The notes below the pieces were generated by a model, which worked only from the letters and a program-made list of their open reading frames with translations, was not told where the DNA came from and ran no database searches. From contig OZ249436.1 of assembly GCA_965235115.1 (NCBI GenBank), positions 45,696,001 through 45,760,000 of the forward strand: a stretch of 64,000 nt of DNA, in the 5' to 3' direction. Made by a program: the position numbers and the translations under genes. The first letter of the stretch is position 1; the number at the start of each line of letters is the position of its first letter. This DNA is from Laetmonice hystrix. Lineage: Eukaryota. This document shows, piece after piece, positions 25,839 through 38,946 of this stretch.

Positions 25839-27055
25839 TACGACATCGACGTCCGACTGATGATGCGGTTTTATTTTCATGTGAAGCAAATGCATGAGCT
25901 AAAGAGTGAAAAGACTGTCATTTCACTGTTACACTCAAAAACAAACATTTATGTAGGATTAAAATACATTGTATTTACATATATACAGCAGACCACGAGT
26001 CTCAAGAACTAAAAAGACGATAAACGTACACATTATTCATGTAAAATATGTTTGCGTTTAGTCAGATTTAATATATATTTATGTGTTAAAAACGGTACCT
26101 AGTATATTATCTCATACTTTTGTCAGCTTGTGTCATGAATTGACGTTATCATGTAGCCATACGTGTAATAGAAGACTTACAAAATTGATATGTCTAATGG
26201 TGTCTGCAAACGGTCTCGAATGAAACTGTAAGTCGACAAATTTCATTGCTATATTTTACCGGTATGATTCTGAAACGATGCTCCACCATTGGTAGTGATA
26301 GGCACTTCGTATAATTCATTGAAAGCCGCCATACTTTAAAAAGTACGAGTAAAGTAAGGTCTTATATCACACATACACAATTCATATTTGCAAAAAGTCA
26401 AATTCCATAGAGTTTGTTTAGGATATTGGACCTTTGGAATATACTGCGAACAAGCCTGTGTATAACACTGAATCATTCTACTTTTTGACAATCTCAGATG
26501 TCAGGGTGGTTTTAGCGCCCCTAACTTGAATTTAAGTCAGTATTTCTTCTAAATGTAAAACTTAAGCATGTGGCTCTGATTACAATACCAAATTCACCTG
26601 ATTCAGTTTCAGAGATTGAATACGAAATGACAGGCTCATGATAGTGTTCATGTTATTTAAAATATCTACAAGACAGTATGGTGTTTTTCTGTATACGTGC
26701 TGCCCCTCTCAACCAGTCACTGACAAAGGTAAATGGTCAACAACAGCAAAGACCATTTCCATTGGTGGCTTCTGAACTCAGGTGACAAGTTCAGCCGGGA
26801 ACACTATGTGCATAACTGTACGGCCTCGTGCCCCTCGGCATCTGGGCCAATTTATTGTGTTATTAACCGCGGTACTGATAAGTACCGTTACTAATGTCTT
26901 TGTTTTACTAGATGAACTGCGCAGTTTAACAGCGTAGTAGGCCTATCAGTAATACGGGTTTTCCTAATGAATGTGAAAGGCCTAGGCATGAAAGGAAAGG
27001 ACAAAATTGCCAATGCTAGGCCTACAAGGTAATGTTATTTGCCACAAGAGAAGCG

Positions 27056-27828
27056 TCAGTTTATTTCGGAGTAGATATTCTCGGTAGTTTGATGGATGGC
27101 ACGAGGACTACTTGGACTCGAGTGTGACCGGAGGGGTGATTTCTCCAGGAGTGACAGTGATTGTATTTCTGTAGGAGAACCGTTACATTTAGAGACCTCC
27201 TCCAGCGGACCGCCCAATGGATTTCGTAAGTTGCGGTGCCTATCTCTGAATGTCGGAGGAGCAGGAGGAGGACAAGGTTCTTTGTCATCCAGGTAACCTT
27301 TGTCCTGTGTCAACCCCACCGAATAGATTACAGGATTGTTGGGAATTAAACTGGAGGCGCCTTGATTTAAACTGGAGGCGCCTTGATTTAAATCAACTCG
27401 GGCTACCTTCACTGGATGATTGTCAGCAGTGAGGTTTGAGTCTGGGACCACGGGGTGAACCCCCGGCATCACGTCATAGGTGTCATTACTAAAAGCTCCA
27501 CTTGACGAGTTCATGACCCTTGTCGGCGGGCGTCTCCTTGCTCGGAGTACAGCGTAGATCAGGATGACGCTTATGACAGCTATGACAGCGAGAGGGAGTA
27601 AAATAGCGAGAATTAGTGGTGTTGTCAGCCCTCTGTTGGTGGTTTGCTGGGCTGTAGGTGTTTCGTGAGCTGTAGGTCTAGGTGTTTCTAGTATTGTTAG
27701 TGTTTCCTGGGCTGTAGGTTTGGTAGAAACACCAGCCCGGTCCTCGCTGCTGGCCGGTCGTGGCTTGCCGGCTCCGGAAGGTGACACAGACGTGACTTCC
27801 TCCGGAGGTGTTGTATAACTCGTAGTCT
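27056..27828 (-). CDS. Gene C last exon: Thr/Pro-rich stalk, transmembrane helix (LILAILLPLAVIAVISVILIYAVL-RARRR), cytoplasmic tail with Tyr motifs
   Basis: Acceptor caatcattcAG, phase 1 in frame with the previous exon; strong TM segment with basic stop-transfer; FSNDTY, NPVIY and terminal ENIYSEIN. Confidence 0.88.
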
Positions 27829-27933
27829 CTGAATGATTGAATACACATACCTAAAAACTTCTGTTTCTTCGTTAATATGCACTGCAGACAGACGGTTTCA
27901 GATGTGACCTAAAATAGCCAATGTCTACCATGC

Positions 27934-28086
27934 CAGGCGCGTGTGCAGGGGAGGGGGGGGGGGGTCAACAATGTGGCGGTCAAACCCCCACATCAGGAGT
28001 GCCGATATCAACCTATTAAAAGGAATGGGGGCTCTTGAGTAGGGGGGGGGGTCGACCCCCGAACCCCTCCCCTGGACACGTGCCTG
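27934..28086. mobile_element. Short hAT-like MITE
   Basis: caggcgcgtgtgcagggg pairs with cccctggacacgtgcctg. Confidence 0.5.
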
Positions 28087-28772
28087 CATGTTTATAGAAT
28101 AGCACATAATTTGGAAAGACCATGTAGATTTATGTGGACATACCATTCACAGTGGGCCCACACCAAGGCTAAATGACCGGAACCGGAATTTGGATGTCGC
28201 CAGTTTAGGCCTCCAACCCACAATTCTCGTGGAATCGCGAATTGTAACGTGACATACTTACGCCCCCTTCTTACCGCAGACCCCTAGGCCCGGTCCATTC
28301 GGGATTCCCTCGGGCATATGACGTCATTTTTGCATGCCCTCGGGTGAACTGGGCGCCATTATGGCAACCAGATACATGGCGAAATCGACCTGTGTAACGA
28401 GGCACTGAGTTAACCGTCATATCGCACCGAGCCAGGAAGTAGTGCATTATTGAAACCTGCTCCTTGGCATCGTATGTGCAAATATAAATTTCTGGTATGA
28501 AGGGGAACGTTTGAAGAAGAAAAATGAATCACCTAATTTACCTAAATCGGCGAGTGATATGGAAATTTATTAAATTATAAGAAGCAATATGGCCGCGCCC
28601 ATGAACGACAACAACACGACACATGGTAGGACTACTTGTATCATGAACATGATACTATCGCATTATTGCCCACTGGCTATGGGAAGAGCACTAGAGGCCT
28701 ATTTTAGTTGCTTCCATGCCTGATGCAGACAAAATACTACAAGCACTGCCATGATTTCCAGAGTCCGGCGTA

Positions 28773-28971
28773 AGCTGTATCCTCACTGGACGCGTGCGAC
28801 GCGAGCGACGCGCGCGTTTATTTTAGAAATAATGGAAATTAATGGAGTCATCTGCACTGGACGCGCGCGACGCGCGCGACATTTTTTGTGACGCGCTCCA
28901 TTCATTTCCATTACTTTTTTTAAAAAACGCGCGCGTCGCTCGCGTCGCACGCGTCCAGTGAGGATACAGCT
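28773..28971. mobile_element. CpG-rich palindromic MITE nested in the above element
   Basis: agctgtatcctcactggacgcgtgcgacgcgagcgacgcgcgcgttt is perfectly inverted at the other end. Confidence 0.8.
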
Positions 28972-29067
28972 CTAATGTACCCGCGATGCAATGCTCAAAA
29001 TGGCGCTCGATTCACCCGAGGCTACTTTCGAAAATATGGCCGAGGATTCCCGATTGGGCCAGGTCGT

Positions 29068-29249
29068 TTAATTTACCTTGCGACGTCCATGCGATTTTGA
29101 CATCCCCCTTTTATTTTACTGTGATTTTGAGATTAAAGGATGGAACCCATTTCCAGAAACAGGGAAGGGCAGCCAGGATAAATTTCAGAGTGAAATTCCA
29201 TTCTTTATAAAAAAAAATCGCCTGGCCGTCATAAGGGAAATCGCCTTAA
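29068..29249. mobile_element. MITE copy, same family as 17491-17652
   Basis: Shared internal sequence; ends gggaaatcgccttaa. Confidence 0.7.
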
Positions 29250-29876
29250 TGGATGAGGCTTCAAGCCATGCAGGAATCCATGTGTCCGTATTGCCTATTG
29301 CGTAATCAATGACTATAATCAGTCATGTATAGTTTGGTTAAATATTTATTGAGACAGTAAATGATAATAACCATTATATTTAAGGGTAAGACATGGGACG
29401 TAAGTATGTCACGTTACAATTCGCGATTCAACGAGAATTGTGGGTTGGAGGCCTAAACTGGCGACATCCAAATTCCGGTTCCGGTCATTTAGCCTCGGTA
29501 GACCCATTGATAAAACTTTCAACTTCAACCCGTGATAACTCCACAATTATTGTTTTCTTATTCATTAAACTTACTATACGTCAGAACCAACATCTCTTAT
29601 GTGAGAAAAAAATTCATATATAAGAATTGTTGTCAAAAAACAGGCCAATATTTGGAGTGGTGTACGTTCACCCTGTGCCTGCGATGGTCAATACATAACG
29701 TAACTATAGGTTGCAAGACTTACGCGCCCTATTAATACTCCTATCCCCTAGAAAAATAATTCCAGTCTGAGAACTCCCACTAAAATATTTATCTCCTCTT
29801 ACTCAGCCCATCATCTAACCCTACCCCCATGTCCTGGGTGTGACGTCACCATGGGGGAGTCACCCCTGGTACTTAC

Positions 29877-29983
29877 CTCTACATGTGCCCGATATATCCT
29901 TGTATCCTTCGCAGCAGTATCTCTGGTAAAACCGTGGTGCATTTTTATGCTGCACCAGGCAAATGACGTCATTGGGCACGACG
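29877..29983 (-). CDS. Gene C coding exon 3: VVPNDVICLVQHKNAPRFYQRYCCEGYKDISGTCR (EMI-like C-terminal CCxGY motif)
   Basis: Acceptor ttttctccctttcAG, donor G|GTAAGT, 107 nt, phase 2 to 1; not in the ORF track. Confidence 0.85.
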
Positions 29984-30554
29984 CTGAAAGGGAGAAAATA
30001 TGTTTTACCGAACTCCTCTTGGAATGGACGCGTTCACACGCCAACCAAACATCGCTATCCTCAATGATGCCTCACCGAAGATGCATAATAAAACTGGCAG
30101 TTGGTTACAGTATCTATTTTTCTTGTGATTCCATCCCATTTATCATCCCCCCTTGGGCACGTTTCACCGAAGGGAAGATCTATTCAGCGACAGGGTTAAA
30201 CATTTCTGGGAAGACGCCATATCGCCAAGAAAGTATTCTTGACGTCACCAGCAAAAACCAGAGAGAGAGAGTTTCCATGGTAACAACGACATCTTTTGTC
30301 TTTTTGAAACGGACCCCTACCCCTAGGTCGTTTTAAACGCTAAGCGAGGACCGTAACATAAATAGGGGTACGTTCTTTGAATTTCGATTAACGGCTCGGA
30401 CTGACTGACCGGCTCATGTCGGGGAATGGTCGTGACGTCATAAAAATGAGCGATAAAAGATGCTAAACCTACCCCTAACCCTTACCTTACACTCATTATC
30501 GCTCATTTGGTGACGTCACGGCCATTCCCCGACTTGTGCCGACTGACCGCCTGA

Positions 30555-32037
30555 CAACCCATGCCGGGTACCATTGACACACACTTGCTGTTAGCACAAC
30601 CCATGCCGGGTGCCATTGACACACACTTGCTGTTGGCACAACCCATGCCGGGTACCATTGACACACACTTGCTGTTGGCACAACCCATGTCGGGTACCAT
30701 TGACACACACCTGCTGTTAGCACAACCCATGCCGGGTACCATTGACACACACCTGCTATTGGCATAACCCATGCCGGGTACCATTGACACACACCTGCTA
30801 TTGGCACAACCCATGCCGGGTACCATTGACACACACCTGCTATTGGCACAACCCATGCCGGGTACCATTGACACACACCTGCTATTGGCACAACCCATGC
30901 CGGGTACCATTGACACACACCTGCTGTTGGCACAACCCATGCCGGGTACCATTGCCACACACCTGCTGTTGGCACAGCCCATGCCGGGTACCATTGACAC
31001 ACACCTGTTATTGCCACAACCCATGCCGGGTACCATTGACACACACCTGCCATTGGCACAACCCATGCCAGGTACCATTGACACACACCTGCTACTGGCA
31101 CAACCCATGCCGGGTACCATTGACACACACCTGCTATTGGCACAACCCATGCCAGGTACCATTGACACACACCTGCTACTGGCACAACCCATGCCGGGTA
31201 CCATTGACACACACCTGCTATTGGCACACAGCCCATGCCGGGTACCATTGCCACACACCTGCTGTTAGCACAACCCATGCCGGGTACCATTGACACACAC
31301 CTGCTGTTGGCACAGCCCATGCCGGGTACCATTGACACACACCTGCTGTTGGCACAGCCCATGCCGGGTACCATTGACACACACCTGTTATTGGCACAAC
31401 CCATGCCGGGTACCATTGACACACACCTGCTACAGGCACAACCCATGCCGGGTACCATTGACACACACCTGCTATTGGCACAGCCCATGCCGGGTACCAT
31501 TGGCACACACCTGCTATGCCACAACCCATGCCGGGTACCATTGATACACACCTGCTGTTGGCACAGCCCATGCCGGGTACCATTGACACACACCTGTTAT
31601 TGGCACAACCCATGACGGGTACCATTGACACACACCTGCTACAGGCACAACCCATGCCGGGTACCATTGACACACACCTGCTATTGGCACAGCCCATGCC
31701 GGGTACCATTGACACACACCTGTTATTGGCACAACCCATGCCGGGTACCATTGACACACACCTGCTATTGGCACAACCCATGCCGGGTACCATTGACACA
31801 CACCTGCTATTGGCACAGCCCATGCCAGGTACCATTGACACACACCTGCTATTGGCACAGCCCATGCCGGGTACCATTGACACACACCTGCTATTGGCAC
31901 AGCCCATGCCAGGTACCATTGACACACACCTGCTATTGGCACAGCCCATGCCGGGTACCATTGACACACACCTGCTATTGGCACAGCCCATGCCGGGTAC
32001 CATTGACACACACCTGCTATTGGCACAGCCCATGCCG
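30555..32037. repeat. 39-bp minisatellite (cccatgccgggtaccattgacacacacctgctattggcaca), ~38 copies, in gene C intron
   Basis: Direct tandem repetition. Confidence 0.97.
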
Positions 32038-32114
32038 ATTCTGAATTCTTGACAAATACCAAGCCCTCAGGGGTCACCGCTAGGGGGCCAAGCGTAGACG
32101 CCCTTATCTGACGC

Positions 32115-32583
32115 TTAAAGGGGCATGCTATGAAACACGTTTTTGAGGATTTCCGACAATTATCCAACATGACCGTGTACTAGGGATCCAAGTAAATAAT
32201 CCTACCACAGCATTTTGTCCTCCGACGTGTTTTCGCTGCGTATGCAGCACAAGTAGGTTCTATACGACCAAACCTATAGATTTCTCCCGATAGGACATCT
32301 CCCGCCATAATTTGGTAGACAACCCCCCATCAACCCGTGTAATTGCATACTGTGTCACATCCTGCGTGTGTACTCTCTGCATGTGCTTAGTCACGTGCTT
32401 TGCTTAGTTGTAAACAATTCAGCAGTGGCACTCGATCCCCCGGCTTCGATTTCTCACGCAAAATGAAACTGATAAGTCTGTCTTTGTTTACTAAGCAATT
32501 TTAATGAAGGGTCTCTTTATGAAAACAGCAAAAGTTCTATAAATTACCGATTTTTATCGTTTCCTCATAATATGCCCCTTTAA
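32115..32583 (+). mobile_element. TTAA-flanked MITE (TTAAAGGGGCAT termini; T2/Kolobok-like), copy 1 with internal deletion
   Basis: ttaaaggggcat...atgcccctttaa; near-identical inverted copy at 60290-60825. Confidence 0.85.
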
Positions 32584-33199
32584 TGCACGTGCGGAGGTGT
32601 CGCTGCGTAAGTCGCCGGATATCGGCAGATATCATTAATAGGCACGTTTCAGTGCTAATAGTACTCCCATAATACTCAATGGGCATACAATTACAAGTGC
32701 CGCGAATGAATGGGCATACAATGTTCGAGAAGTGCAGCCCACCTACGCGATAGAGTTTTGGCGGGCGACTTTACACCCTGTTCACAGAACGCAAGACAAT
32801 AGCCGCAATCACGTGATCATCTCACCCGTTGTAACGCTATGCCTGTAGGTCAGACATTCCCGATGGCGGAAAGCAGCGTTGGTTTTGAGTCTTCTCGACA
32901 CGAAATGTGAAATGTGAAGGTGACAGTGCATTTCGCTGCTGTCTGTTTACAATAGACCTACATAATGTATATTAAACCTAGGAAATATCCTCGGGACAGA
33001 AGGTGCATAGATTTTGACGAGGTGAGCGTGAAACCAGGCCGAACTGGCTTCCCAGAACGCTCAACCAGGGTGCCATGATTCCTTTAAGTTCCATATTAAA
33101 ACATGTTCCAAAATATATTGATCATCGGTTGCACGGGAAGTTTGTTGACATCGGTTAAAAGTAGTCTGTAAGGTCAAGGACGCCTACACAGCCTTCCTA

Positions 33200-33790
33200 T
33201 GAACGTGACATACCAGCGTTACGTTCGGCAGTGAACGTGACATACCAGCGTTACGTTGGGCAGTGAACGTGACATACCAGCGTTACGTTCGGCAGTGAAC
33301 GTGACATACCAGCGTTACGTTGGGCAGTGAACGTGACATACCAGCGTTCGTTGGGCAGTGAACGTCACATACCAGCGTTACGTTGGGCAGTGAACGTGAC
33401 ATACCAGCGTTACGTTCGGCAGTGAACGTGACATACCAGCGTTACGTTGGGCAGTGAACGTGACATACCAGCGTTACGTTGGGCAGTGAAGGTGACATAC
33501 CAGCGTTACGTTCGGCAGTGAACGTGACATACCAGCGTTACGTTCGGCAGTGAACGTCACATACCAGCGTTACGTTCGGCAGTGAACGTCACATACCAGC
33601 GTTACGTTCGGCAGTGAACGTCACATACCAGCGTTACGTTCGGCACGTTCGGCAGTGAACGTGACATACCAGCGTTACGTTCGGCAGTGAACGTGACATA
33701 CCAGCGTTACGTTGGGCAGTGAACGTGACATACCAGCGTTACGTTGGGCAGTGAACGTGACATACCAGCGTTACGTTCGGCAGTGAACGT
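33200..33790. repeat. 32-bp minisatellite (gtgaacgtgacataccagcgttacgttcggca), ~18 copies
   Basis: Direct tandem repetition. Confidence 0.95.
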
Positions 33791-34324
33791 AAGCTGGGAC
33801 CAGCGTGGGCAAATACCTGTTTTTACAGGGAACTCATAGATTACATTTACAATTTGTATCACGGATTGGTTTTGACTAGCATTAGCTTTTGTATTGAACA
33901 ACAATTACAACGCCAAGGCACGACTTTACACAGTGCAAGGTATAAGCTATTGTAATAGAAATATTAACAATTCTCCGAACTTGCATAAAGACTCGAGAAA
34001 TCCCACAGTCTAGTCGAATCACACACACAAAATCATTCATTACTAGCTAACACACGTACGCGACACGGGTTTGCACTTGAACACCACACCATTGTTCGCC
34101 TAAATGAACGGTACCGCTACCGGCGGGTAAGTGCGGTTGCGTAAAGGACCTGATCCACTCGCCCAGCCGGCCGGCCGATTTTGCTATGGTTGGCAGTGGT
34201 GGACAAAAATGAAGAATGCATCTCACCGAAACCTAAAAGCAAGTATTCGTGATTTTTGATTTTACGGCCAACCATAAACGATAAAATGCCTAATTCGGCC
34301 GGCCGGCCGGCCGGTGTACTACGA

Positions 34325-34715
34325 AATATTGGTGCCTATGAAATATTGCAGCATTGCGTCACTGCAATATTTCATAGCTTGTAGCTATGAAATATTGCTG
34401 CCTATGAAATATTGTAGTGACGCAATACTGCAATATTTCATAGCCTGCAATATTTCATAGGTACAGGCTATGAAATATTGCTGCCTATGAAATTTGGCAG
34501 TATTGCATCACTGCATTATTTCATAGGCAACAATATGTCATAGCCTGTAGCTATGAAATTTTGCAGTCCGTGGAATATTGCAGTAGCCTACTAGGCGTTT
34601 TCAAGACTGCAATATTTCATAGGCGGCATTATTCCATAGCTATAGCTATGAAATATTGCAGTCCGTGGAATATTGCAGTACCCTATGAAATATTGCAGTC
34701 ATGAAATAGCAGTCA
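34325..34715. repeat. Cluster of direct and inverted ctatgaaatattgcag motifs
   Basis: Many copies in both orientations; probably internal to a DNA element. Confidence 0.8.
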
Positions 34716-34914
34716 TGAGATGCTGCAGTTTTATCATCCAGTCCACTATCCCAAACGGTAGAAGTGACCCTTTCCCATAACTGACAGATACCTGTCACCG
34801 CACTGATATATAGATAGGCCCTATGTATCCAGCTAGAATAAATTTCTATAGGCCGGTCGCTGTGATTGAATGGACTGGATGGAGGTTTGATATAGAGAAG
34901 CTTAGATGTAGAAG

Positions 34915-35362
34915 AAATTTGTTTGCAGGTCGAGTTTGGTGTAAAAAAGGAGTTGTTTGCAGGCAGCGTTAAGCAGAGGTTGTTTGCAGGTCGAGTTTGG
35001 TGTAAAGCAGAGGTTGTTTGCAGGTCGAGTTTGGTGTAAAGCAGAGGTTGTTTCCAGGTCGAGTTTGGTGTAAAGCAGAAGTTGTTTGCAGGTCGAGTTT
35101 GGTGTAAAGCACAGGTTGTTTGCAGGCGGAGTTTGGTGTAAAGCAGAGGTTGTTTCCAGGTCGAGTTTGGTGTAAAGCAGAAGTTGTTTGCAGGTCGAGT
35201 TTGGTGTAAAGCAGAGGTTGTTTGCAGGCGGAGTTTGGTGTAAAGCAGAGGTTGTTTGCAGGCGGAGTTTGGTGTAAAGCAGAGGTTGTTTCCAGGTCGA
35301 GTTTGGTGTAAAGCAGAAGTTGTTTGCAGGTCGAGTTTGGTGTAAAGCAGAGGTTGTTTGCA
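34915..35362. repeat. 34-bp minisatellite (gcagaggttgtttgcaggtcgagtttggtgtaaa), ~13 copies
   Basis: Direct tandem repetition starting ~40 bp into gene C intron 2. Confidence 0.95.
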
Positions 35363-35403
35363 GCCCGAGGTGTAAGCCGGTCTTGTATTGGCGGCTGTCG
35401 TAC

Positions 35404-35553
35404 CTTGGGGAGTCGGAAACACATGCCGCCTCTTCCTGCAGGTCCCCACTGTCGCAATGACACGCCACCAGGTGGCAGCAGTAGCGTACCTCACATCTCC
35501 ACACGATGTCTTCAATGATTGGGTGTGGTTTTTCACAGATACTGCCCGGCCCA
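35404..35553 (-). CDS. Gene C coding exon 2: GPGSICEKPHPIIEDIVWRCEVRYCCHLVACHCDSGDLQEEAACVSDSP (Cys-rich)
   Basis: Acceptor gccttattaccAG, donor AG|GTACGA, 150 nt, phase 2 to 2. Confidence 0.8.
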
Positions 35554-36751
35554 CTGGTAATAAGGCAAACACAGATAACGTCAGAGATTATTTATATATT
35601 GCTTAAACCAAATACCCATGACATCAGTTTAGCTATGCAAGGTGTCAGGTATTCCCCATCGTCACAATTCCTCAATTCGGGGTATGGGTGAGGGGTGGGT
35701 GGGGTGGGGGCTGGGGCTAGGTATGACAATAGGTAGTCTACATGTCTTTGGAAGGTTTGGGTACCGGCATGACGGGCTAGGGATACGTTTGACTCTAGAA
35801 ATAGTTATAAATTTTTAGTTCTTGCACCCAAATTTTATGGAGTTATTACAATGGTGATCTCTCTCAATCCTTATAAAACATGAGTCAGCCCGGAGCGGCA
35901 TCTGGTGAATAATTAATTAACTACACTGGACTTGTCGATATCTGTATATTGGTTGTAGAACTGAGGATGGTAGAGAGGGTGATATGTCCACATGCATGTG
36001 TCCGTCCGGACGTACGTACGAACGTACGTTCGTTGGATATATTAACATCGAGTTTAGGAGACATGTATACATGTACAGTATAATTATGCCGAATGCAGAA
36101 TTCATAATGAGTATTTAAGTGTCTTTATTAATTAGGTTCACCACGTTCTAACCACACTGGAAAGCTACTCCGGGGAAATTATATCATTTATGGAAACATT
36201 GACTTGGCGGAAGTTTGGTTTCATATTTACAATTGCATTCAATTTGTAATATCAGGACCGGAACACGAAATCTGGAAAAAATAAACCAAATCAATGCTGA
36301 GCGCTAAATGTGCTAGTCTTTGTTAGATCGACCTGAACACATCAATTTAATGTCCTGTATCTGAGAACCATGAATAATGACTTTTACAGCTCGATATGCT
36401 GACATGTATGCCTCTTATACCGTGGATACATGTAGAACAGATGTTAACGACTACCAATGAAATATATAGATAATGAGGTGGTACTCACAGAGTATTCATT
36501 AAGTATTCATACACATCGAATGTCCTTTTTATTTGTACAAGAACATGACTGTTGTACTTCCTGTTTGAGTAATAAAAAACCCGCTTCCACCTACCTGACC
36601 ATGAACACCCCTTTCAGGTATGGACTGAGTGCACCTTAATTATACTTCTTCATATGATGTGTTTTTTTACGAAGGAATAAAAACAAAACATAAGATAAAC
36701 GGACTGATTTTGGCCTTCTGTATAGCCACATCTATAAAACTGCCAGCCTAC

Positions 36752-36951
36752 CTTGACCTCGGTTCGTAGACACTAGACACGGTAATGGTCACGTTTTGCC
36801 AGGCGCCAATGTTGCAGGAATCAGGGGCCGGTTTCTCGCTTGGCCAGTCAGGCGTGACGCGCATCTCAGTTCCTTGCCAGCCACAGAGGGCGAAGATGAT
36901 GCCAACCGTGACTAGACAGACGGGGCGGTCGCCATGTCGTATGGAAATCAT
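36752..36951 (-). CDS. Gene C coding exon 1: signal peptide (VCLVTVGIIFALCGWQG) plus N-terminal segment
   Basis: ATG 36951 just after an acceptor (caccacAG); hydrophobic stretch; donor AG|GTAGGC, phase 2. Confidence 0.75.
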
Positions 36952-37597
36952 GACAAAACTGTGGTGATAATTAAATCAGTTCAATAAAATCATCGGAGGG
37001 GCCTGTGTTTGAGGCACAGACCGGTGGAACTACAAGTTCCTTGGGAAGGTTTCATTTCCCTCTCTGTCTATGCCATTCGGCCGGCTGCCACCAGTTGTAC
37101 ACCCCTCCACCCATCCACCCCTCGCCCATGACGAACAGAATTGACCAAGAAGATATGTATCTCTTACCTTGCGGATTTTCTCTAGCTGCTGAGGTAATTT
37201 CGCAATACGTTCTGAACAAAGGGACGGTACTGACCGAGTTTGTCTTTAGCCAGAACAGGTTCCCGCTTCCCCGACTTACTGTGGGCTGGGGTCTGATGAT
37301 CAATACCTGCACGGGATCCAACACGCTATACTCTACCTGACCCTCACAAACCACGGGGAGTGGGGCGCTCACCATGCACAGACAATGATGCGAGATCACA
37401 TCACAGAAAACAAGGGCGAAGTATATCTCCACACATTGCCAGGGTCTCGGGGCCGGTGACCTCACTCGCACTCCTTATTCGCGGGATATAACGTGACAAG
37501 CCTTATGCCTATTTGGGACAGACTCCCCGCTTTCACCAAACTCTCCTTTTGGCGAGCCACGAAGTGGCATTCTTCAACACATCGTCACGGAAGGCGG

Positions 37598-37918
37598 AAT
37601 GATATAACAGATAGTACGAAAAGGAGGTGAATGATATAACTGAGATAGTAACGAAAGGAGGTGAATGATATAACAGAGATAGTAACGAAAGGAGGTGAAT
37701 GATATAACAGAGATAGTAACAAAGGGAGGTGAATGATATAACAGAGATAGTAACAAAAGGAGATGAATGATATAACAGAGATAGTAACAAAAGGAGGTGA
37801 ATGATATAACTGAGATAGTAACAAAAGGAGGTGAATGATATAACTGAGATAGTAACAAAAGGATGGGAATGATATAACAGAGATAGTAACAAAAGGTGAA
37901 TGATATAACAGGGATAGT
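37598..37918. repeat. 33-bp minisatellite (aaaggaggtgaatgatataacagagatagtaac); same unit inverted at 42310-42468
   Basis: Direct tandem repetition. Confidence 0.93.
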
Positions 37919-37924
37919 ATTCGA

Positions 37925-38362
37925 ATAGTCATAATTTACCCATCTTTGAACACGTTAGTCCGGAGAGGTTGAACCCATGCTAGTCGATAGTCATAATTTA
38001 CCCATCATGAAACACGTTAGTCCGGAGAGGTTGAACCCATGCTAGTCGATAGTCATAATTTACCCATCTTGGAACACGTTAGTCCGGAGAGGTTGAACCC
38101 ATGCTAGTCGATAGTCATAATTTACCCATCATGGAACACGTTAATCTGGAGAGGTTGAACCCATGCTAGTCGATAGTCATAATTTACCCATCTTGGAACA
38201 CGTTAGTCCGGAGAGGTTGAACCCATGCTAGTCGATAGTCATAATTTACCCATCTTGGAACACGTTAGTCCGGAGAGGTTGAACCCATGCTAGTCGATAG
38301 TCATAATTTACCCATCTTGGAACACGTTAGTCCGGAGAGGCTACACCCATGCTAGCCCAATA
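37925..38362. repeat. 62-bp minisatellite, 7 copies
   Basis: atagtcataatttacccatcttggaacacgttagtccggagaggttgaacccatgctagtcg repeated. Confidence 0.95.
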
Positions 38363-38915
38363 GTCTGTGCCTTTACGGTAAGCATATTGTGTTTGTTCAT
38401 TTGCAATTTTTACACATTTAAATTTATATTTCCAAATCTCAGCACATTCTACAACCACACCACATTAAATCAAGGCTGCTTAATTTAATAAATTTTGTGC
38501 CAGTTTAACAACAAAAGGACAATTTGTATAACTAAATATAATACTATGCAGAAATTCTATTCAGTTTCAATGTTGTTACAAATCTTTGGGTTGTGTCAAA
38601 ATATTTGGAAGTAGCAAAGGGCCTCTTTTGTCATGTATGGTCCCACCCTTATTTCGTTCTCTCCTTATTTCCATGTTCCTTCTCCTTCAATGACCCCGGC
38701 AGTGTCGTGAGTGGCACGTTATGTTACAGGTCACATGAACGCCCGGGTCAGAGCTCACGCTCACACGTATGCCAATCGTTTCCTGTCCGCCGCGTGCCGC
38801 CTTTTACATCAACTCACGTCAACGATAAACAATAAAATCAGTCGACTAAATTAAAACAAGGGACGAAAAGGTTGTCTAAAGACATTCTTCGTGGACGGTC
38901 ATATCTCTCTCTCTG

Positions 38916-38946
<31 letters not shown>

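Larger units (their letters stand above)
28162..29499. mobile_element. ~1.3 kb non-autonomous element with ~100-bp TIRs, carrying two nested MITEs
   Basis: 28166-28262 is the near-perfect reverse complement of 29399-29495. Confidence 0.8.

Noticed and set aside
28148..28165. CACAGTG as a Transib/RSS-like terminus of the 1.3 kb element
   Set aside because: The opposite end lacks a matching heptamer and no 5-bp TSD is evident
30496..32170. Long Cys/Met-rich ORFs on both strands
   Set aside because: Artefacts of a 39-bp repeat (multiple of 3) open in several frames, with frameshifting indels, inside a gene C intron
34646..35403. 308-aa, 200-aa and 164-aa minus-strand ORFs
   Set aside because: Mostly read-through of the 34-bp repeat; only 35404-35553 is a supported exon
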